The notes under the pieces are model-generated. The model saw only the letters and a list, made by a program, of their open reading frames with translations. It was not told where the DNA came from and did no database searches. Positions 1 to 18,025 of a stretch of DNA of 64,000 nucleotides are shown here, one piece after another (position 1 is the stretch's first letter; each line of letters starts with the position of its first letter). The DNA comes from Takakia lepidozioides (Eukaryota > Plantae > Bryophyta), in contig CM060733.1 of NCBI GenBank assembly GCA_030704615.1, forward strand, positions 21,576,001-21,640,000, written 5' to 3'. Made by a program: the position numbers and the translations under genes.

Positions 1-468
1 GTTTTGTTAGTTTTTATAATAGATTGTTAAACACATCAATCAAGAAATCGTCTTTTATAGGCTCCACGGGTGATGGAAGTCAAATGCAAATGAAGTCAGA
101 ACAAGTCTTAAGAAAAAATTTATGTTATTCTCATGTACTATTATAATTCAGCAGTCAAATGCGTCATATTAGAAATTCATTGTATACCCATGATATAACA
201 TCCTTGAGATTCTTAGTTAGCAATGTAGAACCATCTTAGCATGAGTCGTTGAAGTATTAATAAGTACGGAGAATAGAGATTAGAATCAAATAATACTAAG
301 ATTGAAAAAATTAAAAAAATGTTGGTCATGTAGTCAGTTGGTGCAAAAGATTGTCGTCTATCATATAGTACTATGTAAGAGAGAATGACGCATTCAACTT
401 GCAAATTACCTCAATTGATAAGAGAAAATAATATAGCACCATTATCACATTTATCCACTAGGTCTTAC

Positions 469-684
469 CTCTTAACAATCGTCAAAAACGTCCTTAACTC
501 ATCCATAGTTGTCGAGGCATCAAAGTAATTATGGAGTATGGTTGCAATAATACAACAACGTGCCCATACAAATCTGGCAGATGCCATCTCCGGTTCAAAC
601 ATCATTGCAACCCCTAAAACATAGCACTCAATATATGTTTGTCGCGAAAGCTTGAAGTGCTCGGAAACACATTCTGTGGTCCAC
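469..684 (-). pseudogene. Terpene synthase (ent-kaurene synthase-like) exon with degenerate DDxxD, inverted relative to the downstream exons
   Basis: RWTTEC..FKLSRQTYIECY..MMFEPEMASARFVWARCCIIATILHNYFD..MDELRTF..VKR; bounded by tttgtag acceptor and gtaag donor; the DDxxD position reads HNYFD. Confidence 0.8.
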
Positions 685-713
685 CTACAAAGATAAAGAG
701 AAAAAAAAACGAT

Positions 714-1247
714 TTTGTAGGCGAGAAATTGAGTGACGAAGTGATGACATGCCATGACTACCATCATGTGAGGCAGTTAGTGAATCGAAATGGTCTCATT
801 CTTAACGACATTCAAGGATTGAAGGTGTGCAACTGTACTATATTTTTATGGTCTATCACTTGAATGATTTTAGTCCAAATTTACTTTTTATTTGGTGATC
901 ATATGTCTTTATGAACAGTTCGAAGTTATATCACTGTTGGTTTGATTAAAATCACACTGCTAATAACAAGGGCATGATTTATGCAGAGGAAATCAAGAAA
1001 CTCAAGTGTGACATTGTACATGAGGGAGCATCCTAAATGTACTAAAGATGAGGCCATCACTCATCTCTTGAAGATGGTGGACATTAATATGCAACAACTA
1101 TTACGAGAGGATTTATGCCCAACATTGATCCCCAAAGCTTGCAAAGATATCCATTTGAATAGAGCGCGAGTCATGCATACATTGTTCGAGGAAGCAGATG
1201 GCATATCGATTCTTACCAAGAAACTTTTGTTTGAACCGGTTTTCTAG
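714..1247 (+). pseudogene. Terpene synthase C-terminal exons (714-824, 987-1247)
   Basis: FVGEKLSDEV..LILNDIQGLK (NSE/DTE region) | NSSVTLYMREHP..EAITHL..IPKACKDIHLNRARVMH..LLFEPVF*; GT-AG intron 825-986. Confidence 0.8.
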
Positions 1248-1397
1248 ACTATACAACATTATATTCTAATCTAGTGATATTATACTTTTACACATCCTCC
1301 ACATTTAAAACCAGATACTACTTATACATTTCAAATGTTGATTACATGCCTTAATATAAATTTGAAAACATGAAGCATCCACTTCTATATGGCCTGT

Positions 1398-1520
1398 AGA
1401 TGGTCTAGTGGCTAGGACTCAAGGCTGCTTTACAAATGGTCATGGATTAAATATCCAACATATGACCCGGTGGTTAGGGCAGAAAGCCCCTTATAAGTGG
1501 TCGTGGGTTCAAAGTCACAT
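1398..1520 (+). repeat. Two tandem tRNA-like (SINE-head-like) units of ~62 bp
   Basis: TGGTCTAGTGGCTAGG..GGTCATGGATTAAAT and GACCCGGTGGTTAGG..GGTCGTGGGTTCAAAG resemble Pol III A/B boxes; no intact cloverleaf. Confidence 0.4.
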
Positions 1521-4407
1521 AATTGTATGTTGGATGTTACCCATTATGGCCAACCCAATTATAAAAAGGAGGTACGTACCTCAACCAATTATTTAATGTG
1601 TGGTATCTAGGAGTTTCAATTTTGGGGAAAGGTTGGGCAACTGTTTTGTGTCGGTGATGGCGGCCTGACCTTATACACATGTGATGCAAGAAGAAAGTCA
1701 TAGAGTAGGAGGTGGATAGCTGGATTGGGCTCAAGAACCGTCCACTTGCGAGCGTTTGTTTGTAAAGCCATTTATGTTATGTTCATAGCGACGAGATGTT
1801 TATTGCTCTCATTCACAGGTTGAGGTATATTGCGTTTCTAGTTCTAATTATATTATCTTCTAATATTTTGTCTTATTAATGATTGTGCTTCTCTAAGATC
1901 CTAATGAGTCCCATTAGGGGCAACAAGAATGAACCATGCTTAAATTGTCCCAAAATTACCTTCTTTATTGGAGATCAACTAGGCCAAAATATGAAAATGA
2001 TGGGATTAAGAACTATTCATCCGCTTCTTAATTCAGAAAATTAACTAAAATTGAAATTGAAAATTTAAGAATCGAACTTAATGGAATTATGATAAATATT
2101 TCTAATTTACCTCCTGAAATTGAGTTTGAATGAATTGAAGTGATAAAATAATGAAAAATCTAGATGCTTGGGGAATCTGAAATATTCATTGGAACCATAT
2201 GAGACATCATTGTCAATCTGGGAACGTCCATTACAGCTAAGAACACATGAAGATCGCTCTCAATGGAGTGGAGCACCTCTCTAACCCCAAATAATAGATC
2301 TTTGTTGATTCAAAAGGTCTCGAGTTCAACTCCCGTGGCTCACAATCCGGCTACCTAAACAATAGTTGTCACTCCTAAATCATCTATCCATTTGAAAAAC
2401 CACAATTAAAATCTTAGTTAACCCATGTTGACCTCTATCCTCTCATCCATCCATGTTTGGGGTATGGAAGAAAGAGTTCCAAAGGCATCCATATAACAAA
2501 ATACATATATTCAGGCCGGTATGGTTCCGTTGGACGACGCTAGGCAATGAGCCTAGGCTCACGCTTGCCCACATGGCTGAATTCTTGGATCACATCACCT
2601 CATCTAGTAAGGGTAACTATTCCTGTGGACATGGCCTATTATTGTGGAACATCTTAGAACAATGTGGAGAATACATAACAACGGAAAATACTGGCATACA
2701 GATTGATATTAATATTGGACTTGTATACTTAAAACAATTCAAAGGGCAAGGGCAGCGGAAAACAATCTGTCGGGGGAATTTAAGCAATTTTGTAAACTAC
2801 GACTATAGCACACTCTATGTGTTCCACTATTCACATCTCGCTGCAAAAGAGTATCAATCTCTGCGTAGGGCTGGTGAATATTATCCTCTCGTTTGTGGTC
2901 ACAAAACATCATGATAGAATCAAATGTAATGCAATGCTTTCGTGGCTGGCTTGTAATCTCTACGTGCGGTAATAAGTTATTTTGAGAGCGAAGGCTGGGG
3001 AGTGGAGCTCCACCCTCCCACAATTTTTCTTCTCTAAGTTTTTAGTTATGACTAACGAGGTTCCACCTTATTTTCTACTTTACCACCTTTCGCAACTCTG
3101 GCTGTAGATCCCGCGTCGGCGACGCTGACTTGTGCCATATTCATTTTTATTTTGAAATTCAAGTGTATGCATCGTAAAATGGGGTAAGCGCAGTGGGTAT
3201 AAGTAAAGCTGTTGTGCAGTATACTACACCACATTGATTAAACGAGCATTTGCATTTGGAATTTTGTTTATGACTTGTTTAATACCAGTCCTCAGCATAT
3301 ATTGCCATCTCATGGATGTGTTTATTGATTGGGAGGATGGCAATTGAAGGTGGGAGACTATGTGCGCCTATATGAGGCTGCCTCTCAAAGTTGAAGGCTG
3401 GATTTGGGTGCATTGTGGCTCTATAAGGGAGCATCTATAGGGGAGCAGGATAGGTGAAGGGACGTACCTGATTCTGTCAGAGGAATATGTAGCCATATTC
3501 ACCAAAGAGGTTTGCATTGCGTCAGCTCCTCTACCCTACCACAACAAATCTTTCAAACCATATCAAATGAAGCTTGGCCACACTCTAGCTCACATTGCAG
3601 TGGAGAAGCTAAAGTGAACCCTTTTCAGGGCTTTGGTTTCACCAATTTTTTATTTTTGCAATGGTCATGACATGATGTCGCTGGGGCACATTTGCTACAT
3701 AACAGTCGGAAGACTTTGAGGCCTTACAAGGCCGTGTATATTTTGGTACATACTGGGTACTTCAAATACCTCAGTCAATTTATGGAACTACTCTTCGGAA
3801 GTATATGCTTCGGGTCATCTATGTGGGGTGTGCTGGCCTCCTCTGTTCTCTTGGTCCTGCCAGATGTAACATGCTCTTACACAGACCCCACAGTCTGGAA
3901 CAACCCATGTTCATGAGAAAACTAACCCTTACACCAGTAGTTTTCAACTTTTCCTCCTAACTGCAATTCTATCACCTTCAGTTTGCTGCTAATAATATAC
4001 TCACACCAATAAAGTGGACTTCCCAAGATGAGCAGCTCAGATCTCAGAAAATATTTACCATTGGGTTGAAGTGAGATCCTGATCTAAGGCACTTGCTTGC
4101 AACAAGAGCTCACTACTCACTATTGATCCAACTACCACATTGCCCAATATCCTTCTCTATTGATTCGTGCTCTATTGTTGCCTGAAAGATGGCAAATGGC
4201 CATAAAGCTTTTCACTGCTGAGATGATCAGCATTCCACATCACGCATTAGATTGACAAAGACTACATCAAAGTGCCCTAAAAAAATGGATTTCCTCTTCT
4301 GCACATCATCTCCCATGCATGGAACTGCAGGAAAGAACTTGGATAAAGACCTTGACTTTTAGGGACTCTAGCTAACATCAATACAAGGACTACCATTATC
4401 ATCATTA

Positions 4408-9638
<5,231 letters not shown>

Positions 9639-10879
9639 CGTCTCTTCGGAAACCTTTCAGACCTTGGTTCCCCTTCCTATTCCTATAGCTTACCAACCCA
9701 CCACTGCTCAGCCTTTCTCCTTACTTAAAAGCTTCAAAATCCTTCAATCAATTCTCTCTAGCGCTGCCATTGCCACCACCACGGCTTCTCACAAAACCCA
9801 ATTCAACAACCCCCGATTCAGCTCATCCTCCCAAGAAAATTCCCCGACAGACCACGGCCCTATGACCGACAATGGATCGCCTATGCTCTCTGCAACATCC
9901 TCCTTCGAAATTCTCCAAGAGGAAACTCGGATCACATGCATCACACGCTCGATTCTCTCTCGGGAGCCCCAAGGTCCTCGGAATCTCAGCCGATCCAAGG
10001 TCCTGCTCTTAACACTACTCCCGAACTGAGATTTTTGTCGTGCTGGCTGCACTTGGGACAGCCGTGTGGCAGCGAGGTCCTCCTGGTATGTATTATGGGG
10101 AATGCCCGAGGTTGACTTGGTGGACCGTTCCCAAAATCTCAGCCGGCGGAACTGGCCTACAGTGGTGGCGGAACTGGTTTGGGGCCCAGATGCTCACCCA
10201 AGTGTAAGTCACATCCACGCGCGTCTGAGACGTGTAATGAAAAGGGAAGCAGCAGTTCGGCACCGAACACGTCTGGGCATCCTAGTGGTTGCTCCGTACT
10301 ACGTGGTGTGCATTGCCGGGTACTAGCCGGAATTTATATTCTTGTTTGAAAAAATCCGGGCTTAAAACAGAAAAAAAAGGGCTACAATAAGGGCTACAAT
10401 CCCCACCAAAAAAAAAACATATAAAAGAGAGAGAAAAAAAAAAAAAGTTCGGTTAGCACCATAGCACGCCTGGACGAAATGGTACGACGTATTGATGCAG
10501 CATCCCACATATTCATACATGTACAATGAAATATATATATATACATTTATTTATTTATTTGATGAACATGGAATAATAGCCCTCGATATGTTGGAAATCA
10601 ACTCTTTACCAAATTATTATTACTCGGAGTTACTATGATGACAAGTCAGACTACAATAATAGTTTAAGAAAATAAAAAATAAAAAATAATAGTAGTACTG
10701 ACAAGTCACAATCAACAAAACATAAGCCTCAATTAGTTAAAGTTAGCTTCAGTTATTAGTGGCTGAAGTTGAAGTCAGCGTACCAGAATAGCAGTCAAAA
10801 TAACTTAAGTTGAGCATGGTGATGTTAAGAAAAATAAAATAAAATAAAGTAAAGTATGACAAGGAAGCGTAACTTACTA

Positions 10880-11867
10880 TGGTGTCTCTTCACCCCAAAG
10901 GGCTACTGATCATATCTGAATGGAGAAGTTAGATGGTCACAATTTTCATACATGGAAAATTAAGACGGAGTTTCTTCTTCATGAAAAAGATCTGTGGGAG
11001 ATAACATCAGGAGAAGCGGTTGCACCAGTTCAAATGCAGCATGAAGTTGGAGAGATCGTGGCTGCAGGGATCACTCCTGAGCAACGATTTTTTGAAAAGA
11101 AATATAAGTTAGTTCGAGGAACTATATTGTTGAATGTGGCTGATTCAATACTTCATCATGTTGCACATGCTACAACTGCTAAAGAAGCATGGATCAATCT
11201 ATGTGTTAGTTTTGAAAGACAACATGTTGTCAATCGGCTCTATCTTAACCAAAAGTTGTAAGATGGAGGAATGAAATTAAGTTCAAGAAGAAGAAACACA
11301 GAGTCTATTTCTTTTTTGGCATAAGAGGTCATTATGCACGTGAATGCTTCAAGAAAAAGCTATACGATGAGAAGAGTGAGAAGTTACACAGTGAAGTTTC
11401 AGCGACAATTATGGCTGACATAACTGAAATTCAAAAAACTCAACCTTCAAAGAATTCTTTGAGGGACACAAGATGTATCTTGGAGACAACAATACTAGTC
11501 TTGATATCCATGGAAAAGATATTGTTTGTGTTTCAATTATCATCTGGAGTGTAAAAAGAGATCAAAGATGTGCTCTATGTTCATAAATTGACAAAGAACC
11601 TATTGTCAGTTAGTCAGCTAATTGAGCAAGGTTTTACGGTTGAGGTTTCTACCAGTCATTGTTGGTCAAGCTGAGGTAGTTTAAAATGCAAGATTGTACA
11701 AGCTGGTTGGGGCTATCTTGGTTTTATATGTGGACTGTAATACTACTCTTAAGCAGAGCGACCTCAGGCATCAGAGAGTCGGACATGTCTCTCAAAGTTT
11801 GGCATTCATGAGACATTCAATGTCAACTAACAATTTAGTTGAAGAAATGGATCTTACAAGAAATCGG
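10880..11867 (+). mobile_element. Degenerate Ty1/copia gag-protease-preintegrase fragment
   Basis: EKLDGHNFHTWK..LHEKDLW..TAKEAW..L (gag N-terminus); GHYAREC zinc-knuckle remnant; DVLYVHKLTKNLLSVSQL (protease); LRHQRVGH (GAG-pre-integrase); stops and frameshifts. Confidence 0.85.
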
Positions 11868-11930
11868 GAAAGAGGTTATTTTCTCCTCTGATTTGTGAGT
11901 TGTCGCTCCTAGGTGTTTCTCTTTCTCAAA
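11868..11930 (+). mobile_element. Truncated 3' end of the SINE family at 56589
   Basis: GAAAGAGGTTATTTTCTCCTCT..GATTTGTGAGTTGTCGCTCCTAGGTGTTTC matches 56722-56790 with an internal deletion. Confidence 0.75.
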
Positions 11931-12279
11931 ATGAACAAGCTGTAAACTGCGTGAGGCTCTGTCCGTTGGAGCAAAAGAGAAGGGATGATAAATGAAAATG
12001 GATGATTTTTGTGTTGAAATAAAAATGGGAATACGACTGATATAGTATAAAATTAGCTTACACAGTGTAAAGTTAGTTGATCATTTAGACCACGGTCTTG
12101 ACATGGTGTAAAATTGGATCATCACGTAACATTTATTTTTGACCAATAATAGTCCCGACACACACTGTGGAAGGTTAGTTGACCATATTTTCTCCATTGA
12201 CTTCAACATGATGCAAAGTCTCTGTCCTTAAGGGATAGAGCCAATAGATAATAATAAACACTAAGGTAGCTTGTGTCGT

Positions 12280-12790
12280 TGGCCCAAGTGCAATCTCCTA
12301 TGTATCCAAGTACGTCTCCCATGTCCGGGCCCAAGTGCGACCTCTTGGTAGCCTTTGCCATTAGCCCATGTGTGTGGAGAGGTACTGCAAAGAATTTTCC
12401 ACAAAAATTAAAATCCAAGACCAAGTACAATTTCCTATGTATCCCTGTGCGTCTCCTATGTTGAGGCCCATCTAAGCCCAAGTGCAATCTTCTACGTATC
12501 CAAGTGCATCTCCCATGTAGAGGCCCAAGTGTCCACTGTCATCTAAGCCCAAGTGCGATATATTCTTATGTATCCAATGGCGTCTCCCATGTACGTCTTC
12601 TATGTCGAGGCCCATCTAAGCCCAATGTGCAATCTTCTATGTATCCAAGTACATCCCATGTCAAGGCCCCATTTTTTTTTTCATGAATTTATTGAGTAGT
12701 AATATCCAATTATTATTGATATATCTCCCGTCTCCAGGTAGCCTGTGCCATTGGCCCAAGTGTCCAATCTCATAGAAGTCCAAATGCATT
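12280..12790 (+). repeat. Degenerate tandem array, unit ~45-60 bp
   Basis: Recurring GCCCAAGTGCAATCT(C/T)CTATGTATCCAAGT.C.TCTCCCATGT and GAGGCCCATCTAAGCCCAA. Confidence 0.75.
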
Positions 12791-13907
12791 TTTTTTCCAC
12801 ATAGCCTACGGCCAGATTTGAACCGGAGACCTTTCCCTTGATATCTCTCCTATCGAGGCTCCAACCATTATCCCAGGAATGCCCACTTTGCAATTTTCGT
12901 GAATTTTCAGCGACCCAAAGTACTTGAAATTCCACATCTCCCACACCATAGGTCCAAAACTCATGAGACCAAGCCCGTGCACCCCTCCTCATCGAGGGCT
13001 TTCCAACGGTATCAAGCACCAGCACCAGGGCCGTGGTTTGCGTGATACCGAATCATACAAATCTATTTCACATTATCCAACTAGTGCGGCTTTGCCATTG
13101 AGCACTATTTTGTCATAGCTTTACTATATATATATATACACGACCATGTATAGCTAGAGAAGAGCCAATATTTTAGAAAAACCCAATTTGCTATTTTTCA
13201 TGAATTTATTAGTAATAAAAATATTTAAAATTCAATATCTCCACACCATAAGTCCAAAAATATGAAACCCTACTTATCCACCTAAGTGTGGGAGATAAGT
13301 GTCCAAGCTTTTCCAGCGGTATTAAGAACCCGGCCGGAGGCCTTGCGGTTTGAGAAATCTCAACAATGCTAAAAAGAAAACATGACATAACATAACAACC
13401 AAATTACCTTACTTAATATGTAGATTAATAATATGTGTTTTTTCCCATAATAAGTCTATATAGAACTTACTTTAAAATAAAATAAAAACTTACATCCAGT
13501 TGGAATTCGACAGATAATAGAGATAAAAGATGAATTGATTACTGAGAGTACCAACTCTGTGTGGAACTGGTGCGAAATTGGACAAAGAATGGGATGACAA
13601 AGACTACCTAACTAACTCAATCCTCAGTTGCAATGCAACAAGAACGAACCAAAGCTCAAAATAAGCTTGTAACTCTACTTCCGTTTGTTTGCTTGGTCAT
13701 TCGATTGTCTTCCATTTGTATTTGCATATGGGATTGTGAGGCTATTGGCCCTGCCTTAGGAAGGCACCACTATATACAAGGTGAACTTCTCATGGAGCAA
13801 TTCAGCGCTTGACAGATATAATGGATGAATGGTTGGCCATATCTGAAGATAAAGAGGATGAACATTGAGCTGTTGGATGTGTGGGTAGTTATACAGAATT
13901 GTTCTCG

Positions 13908-13985
13908 GAAGCTGGCTATGTGATAGTCAAGGAGGGCAGCACTGATACGTCATTGAAGGGTATATATGCTGCTGGAGATCTCAAG
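13908..13985 (+). pseudogene. NADPH-thioredoxin reductase (NTRC/NTR-like) fragment
   Basis: Translates EAGYVIVKEGSTDTSLKGIYAAGDL, matching the second FAD-binding motif TSxxGxFAAGD; no other NTR exons nearby. Confidence 0.6.
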
Positions 13986-14076
13986 AAGGGAGATATAATT
14001 GGAGGAGCAATTTTCTTAACGATGCAGTTTGCGCATGGAGAGGTAAGGATTTGATTTTGGAAATTATGGACATGAC

Positions 14077-14883
14077 CAGTGTTGGGAGGTTATTATCTTT
14101 TGTAAGACCCGCTGGTTCCGGGTATTGGCGGGGTGAGGTTGTGGACATACCCGCCGGAGACCAATACTAGAATTATTTAGGATTTTAGATACCTAGGGGT
14201 TATCAATAAGCCCATTATCAAAATTATTAGACAACATATCAATAACAATCAAACATGGATGATGACCTACTATTATCAACCCGGGTGGGGGTTTTTTTAA
14301 AAAAATTCTTCAACCATTTTTTAAGAGTGGCCTGTCCATGTAAAATTTATCCAAACTTATCAAAGTGATGAGGAATACTAACTAATTAAATCAAAATGTT
14401 ATCTACTAACTAATACAAATACTAATGTACTTATTTAGGTGGCTAGAATTATAAAGTTAGTTAGTATTCCTAAGTACTCCAAGTAGTTTGTATTTTTTAA
14501 GGCATGGTGTGTAAATGTGGGCAATGTTTGACAACATTTAAGTGTTAGTATAATTTATCCGTTTAATATGTTTTTAAGGGGGTGTTAAATCCTTGAAGAG
14601 ATGGGGAATCAAAACTAAAATGTGATATGTCCTGCCACTTGATATTGATATGTGGGAAATCTAGTTTTTTTTAGCCCTCATAAATATCAATATCAATATC
14701 ACCGAAGCCTTATCCGAGGGTCCGGGTCTCAACATCAATATGAGCTCAGCACTAAATCGACGGGTAGGTTAAGAACCTGGTATTGTCCAACAATGTACCC
14801 ATGCGGGTCCGGGTCCACATACCCGCATTGATACATGTGTTGATACCCATACCCTCTCCGTACCCAATACCCTCCCAACACTG
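14077..14883. mobile_element. hAT-type MITE
   Basis: TIR CAGTGTTGGGAGG / CCTCCCAACACTG; 8-bp TSD gacatgac / gataggac (6/8). Confidence 0.75.
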
Positions 14884-16016
14884 GATAGGACCAAAAAATA
14901 AGGAACGATCAAGACGTTCCAATGATTCTAACCAAACAACGACTATACCGACCAGTAAATATTAGTACGTGTGGCTGTAAACTTAGTTTCGTATGATTTC
15001 ACAACTCATACGGACGACTTTCGTCCTAACACACATTTTTTTCCGCAGATGAGTGAACATTTGAAGGAAATTGTTGAGGCTCCAAGCTCTCCATGCTCTT
15101 CTTCAAAAGGCTCTCATCTATGGCGATGTATGCATGGAATAAGCCCAGAAAAGCAGATGTGAAATGCTACATGCACTGTTACATACTTAATTTGAATTTG
15201 ATTGATTCAATAGTTTGAATTGGGAAGCTACCATTTTGTACTTTTAGGCCTGATTCAGATACTGCCAAAATGTCACGTTCAGACGTTATAAGGACCCACC
15301 AGACCCGTTTTGGGTTTAGTAGGAAGTAGATATGTTTTGCAAGTGTTAATATTTTTTAGTGATCCCAACTGCAATTTATTTTTTGACATCGTGGCCCACC
15401 CTCTCACGTTGAGAAAACAATTTTACTGAATTATGGGACCTGCAGATTTTCTAGAAAACCCATGGGTCATGAAATTGGAGATGGAAGAAGGGCCATGTGG
15501 AGTTGACTGTCTACATGGCGAGTCATAATTGGCCCACAGTTGGGCCCACTTGGGAGCCCTTTGTGGAGTGTGGAGGCTTTGTTGGCCTTGCCTTCTTAAC
15601 CCCTACACAAGTCATTTTTCATCCACGATGTATCTTTTGTGGATGAACTCGATGAAGGTGACATATGAATGAAAATGGTGGCCCCCTTTCCTTTACAGGC
15701 TCGAACAAACTGCGTTAAAAAAAATTAAACCACTCTACGCTAGAAATTTTGAAGCGGAGGTCTAGGATTTTGGTGGCGCATGGGGTGTCCCCGGCCGCCC
15801 ACGTGGTAGGCCAGGCCACGTGCTTAACTTGCCAATGGTCAAGAAACTCACAAATTATTCATCCAACCTGGAATTTTGCTCTAAATGTAAATATTCTTTT
15901 GCGGTGTAATTCAGAATTTGGAATGCATAGACTCACCACATGAATTTGGATTTCCTCTAAAATCGCGTGACATTTTTAGGAGCGTTGATCTTAGTAGAGC
16001 AAATTTGGGTATTTAC

Positions 16017-16353
16017 CATTGTTGGGCGGTTATTTGATTTTTTTCATAACCGGCGGTTTCGGTTGTTTCGAATTTAGGAAACTATTAACCGCAGTTGCGG
16101 TTAATAATTTTTTTATGGCTAAATATAACCTCAGCGGTTACGGTTACTTGCAAAAACCTCAAATAACCGGTGGTTTTCATCAAATAACCGCGGGTATTGG
16201 ATGGTTCTTTAAGAGGTTTTTTGCTCGGTCATTTGAATGCGTGACCTCCGCCGGTCCCTAACTGGACCGGTTACTTCATTTTTTCACCTCCGCCGGTCAT
16301 ATATATATATAACCGGATAGGTAACCGCCGGGTCAAATAACCGCCCAACACTG
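16017..16353. mobile_element. hAT-type MITE
   Basis: 21-bp TIR CA(T/G)TGTTGGGCGGTTATTTGA (20/21); TSD gtatttac / gtaattac; subterminal AACCG/CGGTT motifs. Confidence 0.85.
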
Positions 16354-16700
16354 GTAATTACCCCCCCTAAATTCACATACAAAGGAGCCCCACCCAAATT
16401 TTGATCTTTTACTCTGAAATTCTGTGAGAATACCTACTATGTGCCCCTAATTGTGAATGTGGAGGCCATTCATCCAAGAAAATTTTACAACTTACAGAAT
16501 TTCCTTGGTCGAACAAAATTTTGTGAGGCAATTTTTAGTTGGGTTCCAAATTGTGTCATTGCTTTTTGTTACAATCATTAGAACCCTAGTGAAATCTGCC
16601 AAAACTTTGTGAGAGGGTCCATGTTGATGAGTTTGTACGGTTCATCCATGTGGATGGATGGTGGTAGGAAGATATAACTAGGCACGTCAGTGTACTATAT

Positions 16701-16915
16701 ACTCATGTGCGTGTTAGGTGATGCATATGACTCTATTATAGTCAAACTTCGTTGACCACTATTCCGGAATTTCAACAGTCATTTAGTCGTATGCAGGACC
16801 CTTGTGGGGACTCACGGATGTGTCTCATGCACATGACTCTACTCTAGTCAAACAATGTTGACCGCTATTCTGAAATTTTAGCTGTCCTTTAGTCATATAC
16901 ATGACCCTTGGGGGT
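16701..16915 (+). repeat. Tandem duplication of ~108 bp
   Basis: ATGCA(T/C)ATGACTCTA..TAGTCAAAC..GTTGACC.CTATTC..GACCCTTG occurs twice. Confidence 0.7.
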
Positions 16916-17765
16916 TATATCCATGACCATTTCCCTGAAGACGGTGAGTCATGGTTTAGTTCGATCCAAAAGTGCTAAAATTAAGGCAAGACTATGCAAA
17001 GGGGTTTCGATTCTTAGCACTCAAATTAGTTCAAGACAGGTGTAGCTGGAATATTTCATCCATATTTATAGATGGATGAATATGTAAACATGATATAGTT
17101 CATTGGGTCAGTAGACTAGAAATGACACCAGTTGCAAAAAACTGGCAGATCTAGGTCATGGAATGTTCACTACTACTACTGTAATGTTTTTGCATTTGGC
17201 CATTGTCAGGTTTTTTTTTTCCGAAGTTCACTTTTTAAAATGAAAATTATTCCCCTCTTTCATCTACTCCAAGGGAAATTTTTTAAAATATTCATCATCT
17301 CTTTAAATGAATTAATTAAAGTCGGAATAGAGTGACCTCTACGGTAATAAATTTGTGGTGCGGTGTATGACTATGAGATTAGACATATCATGATCAAACT
17401 TAGACTACTCCATTCTTTGTTTGATACTGTAATTCTATGTTGGAGCGGTCGGTGCTGGGCCAATTTCATCTCACTGTTGAACGTGCCATGTTACTCACAT
17501 GATATATCACTACTAGGTGATATATCATAACGTGACCACCTTCCACCCAAACGACGGTAGTCATTGGGGTCAAGTGACACCATAAAGGGTCCCAAATTCT
17601 GGCCCCTTTAGAAGGCTCCACCACCGCCATAGAGAGTATATTTAAAGGAGGGTGAGAGCTACCTTCTACAGGCTTCTTTTGCCTCAACCTTACTTTGGGG
17701 GCTTTGCAAGCAAGGCCCCTATAAAAATGTAAATTGAAATTTGAACATCTTTAAATGAATAGAAA

Positions 17766-18025
17766 TGCAACAATCGCATTTCTGGCAGCTACACGAAAGT
17801 CATTGATAGGCCTAGGAATCTCTTGTGTTGTCAATGCCCAAGGTGTGGAGTATTCATCCCTTGAAAGCTCTCCCTGTCCATTCTCCAACCATGCTTTCCA
17901 AGGTGCAGCGAGAGTCGGTTATTTGTATAAGATTAAGGGGCATTGCCATTGGATTGATAATGCTAGATGCATGGCACCAAAAAGAGAGACAAGCATATTG
18001 TCTGTAATATGGACGAAGCCAACCT
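17766..18025 (-). pseudogene. Degenerate duplicate of the OPR exon at 36738-36932 plus flanking intron
   Basis: GCATTTCTGGCAGCTACACGAAAGTCATTGA..CCTAGGAATCTCTTGTGTTGTCAA is near-identical to 36749-36807; intron similarity (GACAAGCA) extends beyond the exon; indels present. Confidence 0.85.

Noticed and set aside
1935-2200. LRR-like remnant (CLNCPKI, ISNLPPEI)
   Set aside because: Too short and broken to support
2453-2914. 153-aa ORF
   Set aside because: No recognisable motif or splice structure; probably decayed repeat
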